A stretch of DNA of 64,000 bases from Botryllus schlosseri. Its lineage: Eukaryota. Positions within the stretch are counted from its first letter, which is position 1; the number at the start of each line of letters is the position of its first letter. Positions 36,591 through 47,016 of the stretch are shown here, piece after piece. The translations under genes were made by a program, and so were the position numbers. The notes under the pieces were generated by a model that saw only the letters and a list, made by a program, of their open reading frames with translations, had not been told where the DNA came from and made no database searches. The stretch is taken from contig CM119372.1 in the NCBI GenBank assembly GCA_051294905.1, positions 9,922,001 to 9,986,000 on the forward strand. The letters are read 5' to 3'.

Positions 36591-38340
36591 CAGAGGTCTC
36601 AAACTCAAATGTGCTCGCGGGCCAATTGCTTAGTTTGGATGAGGCCGCGGGCCGCACCACCAATAATAGGGATATTCAACGCAGAATTACCAAGTAGGCC
36701 TTATTTGACGGGAGCTTGAAGACAGGTATTTCAGAACCATCATGAATATGTGATTTACTATTGTACTACAAATGCTTGACACTGAAAAAATCATATTCTC
36801 AAATATTTGAATAAAAATTGATTTTATGCCGGGCAATATGTGTTCAAATAATGAGTTATAGACATCATGCGAGAGGATGCATCATGACCAATGTTTCCTC
36901 CAAGCTGCGCACGTGCGCAAATGCGCAGTGCTGACTAGGTCTCTGCGCACAGAAAATCTAAGTTGCGCACAAACAAATTCGAAGTGATGACCTGTTTTTC
37001 AGTCGTTTTAGTGTTGTCCAAGGGTCTGCGCAGTAAGATGACGAGTCTGGGCAGGTGCGTCAAAAATTAGAGGGAGCGTTGCTCATGACATCGTCAAACT
37101 GTCGGCTTATATTATTGCAGCTAGTGGACCTTTGACGTGACACAATTTTATGTATAATATTTTAAAATCTACTGAAGATTGATCTGATATCAGAGCATTT
37201 GAGCGGTGTAGCATAATCCGGGTTATGATATAGTCGTGATAAGTAGGCTATTGATACTATGTCATTGCCAAAATTAAATTAAATAAGCGTCAGATTTTGC
37301 CTTCGATTATTATTGGAACATATCAATAACAACTTGAATATAATTATTATTGACCCATAGTAATAGCATTGTTTCTTAACCTTAACGATCGTACCCATCG
37401 TGCTTCCAATTACATTTCTCGTAGCCCCTGTTCATTTTCAACACAATTTCTGATTGTACCTATATTCAAATTGGAAAGCCCATACACGTAAAATCACGAG
37501 TAATGCGAAGACCATTTTCCAGTTGCGTAAATTGGTCAAAAATATTCCCAAGCATATAGGCCTAATTCCACAATGCATATTGTACCCCATGATGTGGTGC
37601 TCCGTATCCCGGAGGGGTCTACGGACCCTGGTTAAGAATAGAAATGTCTAATCGCTCATGAATTCATTGGTGTTACAGCTGTGGAGCGTACTACTACCTT
37701 ACTCGGAAACGATAATAACATGGATAAAGAGATCAGACAGCACCTAGCATTTAACCAATCATACGCCACGGGGGTCACATAATGCCAATGGTTGCCATAC
37801 TGAGCTGATTAGCTATATATGCCCTACGCAACGCAAGCTACCACCTTTTGATATATGACTATTCCCCGTGACAGTTTCATAGATTGTTACGTTCATAGGA
37901 TTGCCAAGTCACCGTTCCGCGTCGCAATTCCTACACCGAATTTAACCTTTGACTCGACTCAACTCGATTCATTTTTATTTAATCACCCAGTCAATCCGAA
38001 ATCGAGTAATTTTGCAAAGATCGCACAAAACCAAATCACAATATTTTCAGTCACGACTCATCAACTGGTCATGCCTTATCATCATGAGCTAGAAATGTGA
38101 CGTAATAGCTGATCTTCTACCGCACGGTAGCTTTTAAAAGTGATGTGATAGTGTAGTTCGTTGAGATTTCAGTGTTTTTATAGCAGTTTTATGTTGAACT
38201 TCAAGTTCTTATATCTAAAAAAGATATGCGGCACTGCAATATATTGTCGAGTACTTGAAATTCCAAAATGCCGTGGCGGGCCGCACAAAATGCTCTCGCG
38301 GGCCGCATGCGGCCCGCGGGCCGCGTGTTTGAGACCTCTG
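36591..38340. mobile_element. Charlie-like MITE (CAGAGGTCTCAAAC TIR, GCGGGCCGC repeats)
   Basis: 14-bp TIRs and perfect TSD gcaaagac. The transposase frame MAK|TILQ resumes across it. Confidence 0.92.
36889..37081. mobile_element. Small hAT MITE (CAATGTTYCCTC TIR, TGCGCA repeats) nested in the Charlie-like MITE
   Basis: Ends CAATGTTTCCTCCAA/TTAGAGGGAGCGTTG with TSD atcatgac/ctcatgac. Confidence 0.8.
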
Positions 38341-38439
38341 GCAAAGACGATCCTGCAGGTAGAGCGCACTTCAAGTTTCGGATGGGGCCCGCCCTCGTTA
38401 GATGCAACTGTACAGATCAACAAGAACACTACTTTGTCT

Positions 38440-39372
38440 CAGTGTTGGGATCAAGTCACTACCTTCGAGTCACGAGTCATTTCGAGTCATTGCACATTTC
38501 GACTCGAGTCAAGTCAAGTCAATCGATTTTCAAAGGTGACTCGAGTCAAGTCAAGTCACTCGATTTTTGGAGGTGACTCGAGTCAAGTCGAGTCAAGTCA
38601 AGTCAAGTCACGAGTCAAGTCACAATTCAAGTCAAGTTGCCTTTTCGAAGTATGAGGCATGATAACGTCATTGCATTTTGCTAGCTGTCTGAAATACAGA
38701 CTGAGTGGTCATTGATTTTGAACCGATGAACGCATATAGAGTTAAATATACACGCAAGAATGCGCTGTATCGATCACATGTAAGTAGAACTGCTAAATCT
38801 CAGTTTATAGTTACCAGCAATGATAGAGAATAGATACGAATTGATAAGATGCAATGCATTGTGCATTTACAAATCGACATGATACAATTCGAGCCAGCGC
38901 CAATGGTTGAGGAATATATAAACTATATTCGAATTCAGTTTCAATAAAACAATAGGTTTGGTTAAGGTTAAAACTGAGAACAGAATTTACTTTACTATAC
39001 TAGTTTACGACAACGTAAGCTGTAAGCTTCGATCAATTCGTTTGCGGCCAATTCATTTGTGAGAGAACAATGAAGGCTCAGTAAAACGCACGATCATTAA
39101 ATGATTGATCACTCTCACAGATCACACCAGCGTTTGGCGAACAATCCGAACATACGCAAGATGCAGTGATTTTGATCAAAGCCGATTATTTGATGACTTG
39201 AAATTGACTCGTGAATTTTGCTCCGAGTCACGAGTCAATCCACATTTCTGATAGGCCGAGTCAAGTCAAGTCAAGTCATTTAGCAAAGTGACTCGGGTCA
39301 AGTCAAGTCATACGAAAAAGGTGACTCGAGTCTGACTCGAGTCAAGTCATGACTCGAGTCATCCCAACACTG
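38440..39372. mobile_element. hAT-type MITE (CAGTGTTGGGAT TIR, GAGTCA/CAAGT arrays)
   Basis: 12-bp TIRs and perfect TSD ctttgtct. Confidence 0.92.
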
Positions 39373-40556
39373 CTTTGTCTGATTTTATTGTCCCGTAGTT
39401 GTGGTACATATTTGATGTTTTTAAATGCTTTGGGGCGTGGCTATAACTCAACTGGTTGATGTTTATCACTTATCAGATTCCTACACCAGAATGAGCTCCT
39501 TACATCAGTTCTGTCAAAGTCGTCAATGATGCCACAGAACGAGGTGTAAAGCTAAGCACAGACTATCCTGCCATCTTGACTGACAATGAACAACAAAGAT
39601 ACAGTCTGCTTCAAGCTGTGAAACAGCATAGTAACTAAGACAGTTAGAGACAGCAGGAAGTCAACTTTAATCAAAAGCCTGTAGTCTGCAACTTGTGCCT
39701 GACAGTGCAACACTTATCCTGCAACGTACTTTTTTTTATTGTCTTTTGTAAATAGTGTTTTTGCCTTCATTCAATCGTGAATAAAAAGTGTAATATGAGT
39801 TTGTTTACGGGTGAGACGTCGACTAGTCATAACAATTACTACTGAGTTGTTGACTACTAATGGGAAATTTTTGAGTTTCACTCACTGTCAGTAAGTTTTG
39901 GAAAGGTCGAAAGGTCGAAGGTAGTTAGATGCATGCATCTAGTTTAATCGTATCTCAACTGGCGAGAGCACCTGTGCAATACATAGCAACACTATTATAC
40001 ATGTTTTGCAGGTAGATAATAACTTGGGGGCTGCAATGTTGTACTATAGAAATTTTAATTTCTATAGTTGTACTATGGACTCTCGATGACAACATAGCAA
40101 AGGCAATATATCATGTCTGCAATGCTACCAACAGAAACGATTGCAAAACAGCAGACAGAAATCGGTACCAGCAGTGTTCACAAAGTCGGTCTTTCCGCCA
40201 ATCAGTAGCTTAATATTACCGGCTTCAACCAAACAAGATTATTGGCTTCTCGATTGGCTTCTCACTTCATCGATTCCCCGCCCACTCGCGGACGGCTACT
40301 TTCAAACGCATTTAGACAAATCTTACCGGCTTCCCTGCGAGATTCTTTCAGGCTCGTCATTGTTTTTTTACCAATAATCTACAGAATAAGCCACGGATAT
40401 GCAGTATTCCAAACATTTTCCAAATTTTGAACAACCCTGATGTACATTTGTACATTTACTACGTGCGGATAATTCGTTACGCAATGAAGAACCAAGCTAA
40501 TGCTTGTGACGCAATAATGAGCCGAGGCATTTGACAATCCGACATTTCTGCTATCC

Positions 40557-41786
40557 CAGGGGTTCTCAGCCCTTTCTTGGCCATGGCCCATTTTCCGATT
40601 TAAAAATGTGCTGTGGCCCACCTGATATCTTGGAGTCATAATCCTGTTTAATTCGTCGTCACGGACAGCGCCGATATGCCTATTTCTCTAATATATGCGC
40701 ATTTTGCTCTAACTGATGATATTTAAATCTCGATCTCTCGGGATATGAAATCGCGCGAAGCGCGAAAAAAAAAATCAAGATGAATAAATATCGTTCAACA
40801 AACGATCAACGAAATAATCTTGGGCCCCTTCGAGCTCCCTCAATTGGGGATGTGGGTGCCGCAGTTACGGCCCTGGTAGATCATAAGCTAAAACTCCTAA
40901 GTAGATTAATTTCGTCCGCTGCTCCATTCGCGTCGCGAAACACAATGATCAGATCCCCGCACTATGTGATTGTGACTTTAGTGATACTATAGTGGGGAAT
41001 ATTATATTCATTCTGGGCCAGCATCGAACAAGTCATTGGTGAATGGGGTACTACAGAGAAGTGGAGAAAGATTTTTCAATATGCATGATGTACTTTGCAT
41101 GTCTTGTAGCAAAACAACTGACGTTGCGATGTCAGAATATTCAATCCAATGATGCAATCAATTCCCGTGACTCTTTCAGTATGTACAATGATTTCCAGGC
41201 AGGACATTTTAAACCGACTTCAAATATTAATGCGCTCCGATAAATCCTCAATCCATTAAGATTCGTTGTTGCGGTGGTGCAGTATACCTCCGCCAGAAGT
41301 TGCTAATAATTTGCAATTATGGTTATGTTTAGCTTGCAATAATACGGCCTGCCGAACTACAGTAAATCTATACATCAATTGCACTTCATTGCGAGTTCAT
41401 TGCATACCCCTTCCAACGGGATACGACATATGACCCTGCCAGAATACTCGGTTACTTCAGCATTATCTTCCAGTTATTATAGACTTGAAATTATTTTAGT
41501 TTCTGTTAGCCGTAGGTTGTCATAGCCAGTAGAAAAAGCCACCGTTTCTCCCTAACGTTTTCGATTTGTACATGCTGACTTCATGCATGCCACTACGTCT
41601 AATCAGAGTCGGATGAAAAGCTTTATGTAGCCTACGTATAATTAGATAATACGAATATAAGCGAATAACATAAGAAATATAACTAAACTTACATTAATTC
41701 TAAAATTTTCTAAATGGCTCTGTGGCCCACCTCAAAATGCTCTGTGGCCCACCAGTGGGCCATGGCCCACCCTTTGAGAACCCCTG
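40557..41786. mobile_element. Charlie-like MITE (CAGGGGTTCTCA TIR, GGCCCA repeats)
   Basis: 12-bp TIRs and perfect TSD tgctatcc. Confidence 0.9.
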
Positions 41787-43619
41787 TGCTATCCAAAACC
41801 TGTTATCGCACTCTTCATTGTTCACGAATGTTCAGTTTATGCCATGGGCGTTGCACAAATGAAAAGTAATCGTTCTTTCACAAAGAAATCGATTAGATAT
41901 GTAAAGTAGTCGATTACTATTACTTCGGAATTTGTTCGAATGTAATCGATTGCGATTACGATTACTTGGAAATGCTGTAATCGTCGTAATCGATTACGAT
42001 TACTAATCACGATTACCCCATGTCTGATGCCAAGACGCCGAATACATTGTCCGGTCTGGCCTAAACCGTTAAGGCGTAAGGTCCACGTCGGAATCGCTGG
42101 CAAGGCGACGGAAGATATTGATTTTATGGGATTATTATAGCATTTGATTGCTTCAGTTGATACATTTGGTGACGTTTAAAAATCGAGCATATACTTCGGC
42201 ATTGTGGCGTAATGTGACCTGAGTCATTGCTAGGTATCGTGTGCATTAATATATCACTTCACTGAAGTGATGGGTTGGAATTAGCAATATGACGTCATGT
42301 GACGTCATAAGGTTCACGTTCGCGTTCACACGAACCTAAACCTTTTAGGAGTTCGCACCATCCCTAGACTAACGTACCAATAGCGAGAGTAGCGAATACG
42401 GCTTGTTCCACCGCTGCGAAACCAGTGTGTTCGAGACTGACGATGAGCGATTCTATACATTCTAAACCGCTAGTAAGTGTCTTAAGTTTATCCATAGTTT
42501 CCTCATCGTCAGTTGATCCACGTCGACCGTGTTCTACTATAGCCTAAAGCGATAGTGGGTCATACTAGCTGTATGTTGCTTAGACAAGTCCGGAATATTT
42601 ACAATTAACAATGTCGGCCTACTGCCAAATGGTCAATGATGTCGGAACACCAATGACAGCCTGGCATTAGATAACTGATCCACATTTAATGGCATTCTGC
42701 ATGCTTCGACTATAGATAACCAACGTAGAGATTGAGAGGAAACACGCGACTGCACGATTGGACAACCGGAAACATCTAGCAATTTCTGGTCGCTTCGTAA
42801 GCAGATATGGTAGCTACACCAAAATTGCCCTCAAAGGTCAAAAATAAACATCTTCGGAACAATCGGAGCAATGTAATAGTGGACGGTAACCTATAGCTCG
42901 CGAGCCTAATATGAGTCTTTGAGAAATTTTTAATTATGTACGTAATTTATCAACATTGCAGCAACTTGTTAGTAAATTTTCATGGCGGCGTGAATAATAA
43001 TTATTCTCGTGGCAGCACACACTTGTCTTTGAGATATCATGACAGTGGGGTGTGCAGGGATTGGGGCTCGCACCGCCCTCTTTTCAAAAATCCAAAATTT
43101 AAGTTGTTGTCGCACCGGCGACTACCACCACTCACGAATTCGATCTACCAACCATCGCGCGCCTAGCAATCTTTGATTGCATGATACCTTGATTGACCAA
43201 AAAGAATAACAGACATAGCAATACTTGTAGGACAATGCAGTTTTCATATACACAATGTCTTCCTGATATACAGAATCTAGTCGTTCATAAACATCGATAG
43301 AAGATTACAATAACCATTGACGGGTTCACAATACTCCTTCACTAATCCCTGACGACATCTGAGGCACTGCCTCACTTGCCTCCCCTAACCCCACGTCACT
43401 GAAGTATCACACGGTGGGTATGTACTGCTGTTGGGACTATGTTTGGCTCCACCTACGCATGTGGGCAGAAAAATATGGCGAACACTACGAATCCCATATA
43501 TTAGTGCTACCAATGCGTCTCGGATGTTCAATCGTGACGTAACAGTTGATTGACAGTCGAAAAAGGTTCCCGACCACTGTAACGATGACCATAACACTGA
43601 CCTATTACAGCGTTCTGAT

Positions 43620-44508
43620 CAGTGTTGGGATGACTCGAGTCAACTTTTTCACATGACTTGACTTGCCTCGAGTCACTTTTCAAAAATGACTTGACTTGAC
43701 TTGACTCGGCGCTTCAAAAACGTGGATTGACTCGTGACTCGGAGCAAAATTTACGAGTCAATTTCAAGTCATCTAGTAAACGCTGTTGATTAAATCTCTG
43801 CCTCTTGTTGATGTCCGGATTATTCGTGATATGACGGTGTGACTTGTAAGAGCAACCAGTCATTCACTGATTGTAACTTTCACTGTTCCTCCATTGCTAC
43901 ATCACAAATAAATTGACCGTAAACGACAGGATCACAGCTTACGTTTATGTACTAGCAGTATAGATTAGCAACGTTTCTTTGTTTGTTAGACGGCTCAGTG
44001 CTTACATCGCGAGTGCTCACCTTAGCCAACCCTCTTGTATGATTTGAATAGAACGAATATAGTTTATGCGTTTATAATCTCACGGATCTGTAGATGGGTA
44101 GTGTATTGTACCATATCAATTTGTTCAACTTCTCGGCGCTTCGTATTCGATCCTCTATTCTGGCTCACGTATTTTATTAGCGGCTCTAAGTGTGCGTATA
44201 TTTAACTTAAACTCGTTATGTTATTCAAGATATACGACTAATCAATCTGTCTTCCACATATCTAGCAAAATTTAATGACTTTGAATCATCACTCATACTT
44301 TGAAAATTCAATTTGACTTGAATTGTGACTTGACTCGTGACTTGACTTGACTTGACTCGACTTGACTCGAGTCACCTCCAAAATACGAGTGACTTGACTT
44401 GACTCGAGTCACCTTCGAAAATCGATTGACTTGACTTGACCCGAGTCAAAATGTGCAATGACTCGAGATGACTCGTGACTCGAAGGTAGTGACTTGATCC
44501 CATCACTG
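43620..44508. mobile_element. Second CAGTGTTGGGAT-family MITE, inverted relative to 38440-39372
   Basis: TIRs CAGTGTTGGGAT/ATCCCATCACTG and perfect TSD gttctgat. Confidence 0.92.
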
Positions 44509-45153
44509 GTTCTGATTGTCCGGAACAATGCCGATTTCCGACTTTAACGGCTTTTGGAGATAGTTGAAGCGCCTTGGCCAGACTATCTTATATATTTTCA
44601 GGATCAGTGCAACAGTAGCTTTCGTTAAGGACCATTTTTAATAAAATTTGCACTCGTATCGTACGCAATAACATCAGCATTACTTTACGAAGCAACCAGA
44701 AATTTCAACCCCTAACCCAGTGGTTCTCAACCGGTGTGCTATTTACGTCTCGCAAGTGTGCCGCGAGCGAATTCTTCGAAATTTTGAAATTATGCTCAAA
44801 CTAATTCTAGTCTATAGCCAACGATCAATAATCTAAATCGAGCTTGTTGTGAAGTTTGTACATTTGACAAAACAAAATTGATGTTATGCTCGCAATCAAT
44901 ATCCCCCGCGAATTTGCTTTACCCGACATAACGCGTGCCTTGAAGGCTGAATTCAGTTTGGCACAATACGTTGATTGATCGCCGAACATTGCCATTTTGA
45001 TCTCTCTCCACTTGTCATGCTAAATACGTTGATAGGAAAAGAAGTCTGAGGTTTCGGTATCTCTTTTGAGCAAACCAATCAACCATTTTTGGTTTTCTAT
45101 CATCGTATCATGGCGGGAGCCCCATCAATAATTGCAGTCAGTTTTGTCAAGTT

Positions 45154-46422
45154 CTGGGCCGTAACAGCACTTCGTCAGCCCTTCCCCAAAACGTTGGTCG
45201 TGGGCCCCCCGTAGGGTGATAAACCTAACAAGCCCCCCAGACCCCCCTCAGGCTTTACCCTGTTTGTGGCTACTTATATCATCTACATTAGGGGGTTGTT
45301 TAGTGAGTCAGCTTTTGTCGCCCAAGCGCGCGAAGCGCGAAACATTTATAGAATTCTTGATTGAATCGGTCAGTATGATCGGGAATTGCATATATATTGT
45401 TATCAATTTTTATCTTATCTCTGCTCACGTAATCAGATTGGCCGGTAGAGCTGAGTGATGTGTGTTCGAAAAGGTAGGACCACTCAATAATAATTAAACA
45501 TCTTCGGGCGGATATCCGTTGGCAGGAACGAAACAGCACCTCGTCAGGGAACCCAAAAACTTGGGTCTTGGGCTCCCATAGGATGATAAAACGACCCCCC
45601 CCCCAATCACGTTGTTCGCGTTGTCACGCAATCAGCTGTACTGTATAGCGAGCCAGCGCGAAGCGCGAAAATTTTCGGTAAGTTATGATAAAATCGGTCA
45701 ATCAGATCGGCAATTGCATATATATTGCTATCACTTTCTTGTCGTCTCTACTCACGTAATTAGATTTACCGGTAGAGCTGAGTGAAGTGTCTTGAAGACG
45801 GGAGGGGCCGTAAATAATAATTAAACATCTTCGGGCGGGCGAACCCGTTGATATGACTTCGTTACATGATGTTATTTCGTTACTTCCAGTCTGCTAAATC
45901 AAAAAATATAGAATCGCATGAACGTACTAAACTGAAAGACGCACACGATTTCAAATTGGTATTTCTTCACTGGCGTAAAAATTTTCTCAGCGGGATGGTA
46001 TTTGTCTTGTGAGGTTCAGATTGCCATGACGGGAACATTCGGCACCAGTCATTTAGGCGCCTATGGACAATTAAATCTGTATGTATTTTGTCTTCGGTCT
46101 TTGATCAGCATAACGGCATAGTCCTTTTCGGCAAAGGTTTTCTCGCTGCCGATCGTTCTGGCACACTTCATGGAGTCTCATGTTATATGGCTTAAAACTT
46201 TGATTGTATGTCTTGGTGGGTCGTGGCGCGATAATGGCCCAATACCCAATCATAAAGATAAATGGCATCTTGAATTAGCGCGCAGCGCGAAAAATTTTGA
46301 AAAATTGCATAAATTTTTTAAAAAATACTCTATGATTTATGCTAATTCACGAAATAATTTTAGGCCCCCGTCGAGCTCGCCCCCCCAATTGGGGGGTTTG
46401 GGGTGCGGCAGTTACGGTGCTG
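45154..46422 (+). mobile_element. CAGGRCCGTAAC-family MITE (long form) nested in the transposase relic
   Basis: Ends CTGGGCCGTAAC/GTTACGGTGCTG with TSD gtcaagtt/gtcaggtt. Confidence 0.88.
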
Positions 46423-46606
46423 GTCAGGTTGATGTTTTTTGGCTGGTCTTCGATAAAAATATCGTCATTGCAGAACAACTTTTCCCTCATCACGTTATCT
46501 CTGCCATCATTTAGTCTGCAAATGTGTCCACTCTGACAAAATGCACCCAGGTTATTATAAGTTATGCAATGTCTGTGGAGTCGGTGGATTCGTCCGCTGC
46601 TATAGC

Positions 46607-47016
46607 GGGGGAGATAGTGTAGTGGTTACGACAAGCGCCCACCAATTTGACGGACCGGGTTTGATTCCCGTCGGAGGTTTTTCTGGGCTCCTCTTCCCCC
46701 GCCGTTGCCGTTCTAACGGCGACAAAAAAACAGTAAGAGAGTCGACGATAGAAAGCACTCATCAGGAATGGAAAGAACTAGTAGAAAGGGCCGCGGCATC
46801 AAAAAAGATCAACATCGAAAAGAACTGTGACATCGGGCATCGGGCATCCAGGCCGAGGTGGATGTTAGAGTAAAGGATCGCCACTGATGCGTCTCGTTCG
46901 ACATCCTCCTATCTGTTCATTACATTGCATTGTGTCTTATCGCATTATACATTGTGTGTGACTTGTTCAGATGAAAAATATAACTCAACGATGTTATGTT
47001 ACGTTATATTATGTTA
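46607..47016 (+). mobile_element. tRNA-derived SINE inserted in the transposase relic
   Basis: A box TAGTGTAGTGG (46615), B box GGTTTGATTCC (46658), GTCGGAGGTTTTCTGGGCTCCTC block and (TTATG)-like tail. It separates YFS from IAADESTD. Confidence 0.7.

Larger units (their letters stand above)
35552..39638 (+). pseudogene. Decayed hATm-like transposase, interrupted by two MITEs
   Basis: Ordered motifs GSRLPTIREVMSYF..VWKMARI (35589-35820), KPGATHQARWM (~36226), NDLRFIQNMLSYKEHDEQVSKAASQKLLKHDW..EE..ALF..MAK (36415-36590) and VKVVNDATERGVKLSTDY..LT..E.Q..LLQAV (39510-39638). Stops and deletions are present. Confidence 0.8.
33204..42026. mobile_element. hAT-type element (CAGACATGGGG TIR, GATTAC arrays) containing multiple nested insertions
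   Basis: TIRs CAGACATGGGGTGAT/ATTACCCCATGTCTG with perfect TSD atgccaag (33196-33203, 42027-42034). Confidence 0.9.
32566..42366. mobile_element. hAT-type MITE (TAGGGATGGTG TIR, GTTCAC/GAACC repeats) split by an 8.8-kb nest
   Basis: TIRs TAGGGATGGTGTGAAC/GTTCGCACCATCCCTA with flanks gtactaac/gactaac. The halves 32566-33203 and 42035-42366 join to match the uninterrupted copy at 34423-35418. Confidence 0.85.

Noticed and set aside
38161..38655. 164-aa ORF rich in S/Q/V/K
   Set aside because: Chimeric read-through of a MITE end, a short transposase fragment and GAGTCAAGTC arrays; not a gene.
38440..39372. Regular short repeats (GAGTCAAGTC; also the GATTAC, GTAATT and GACTCC arrays) as a CRISPR-like array
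   Set aside because: No constant repeat with unique spacers. These are subterminal arrays within TIR/TSD-bounded MITEs in eukaryotic DNA.
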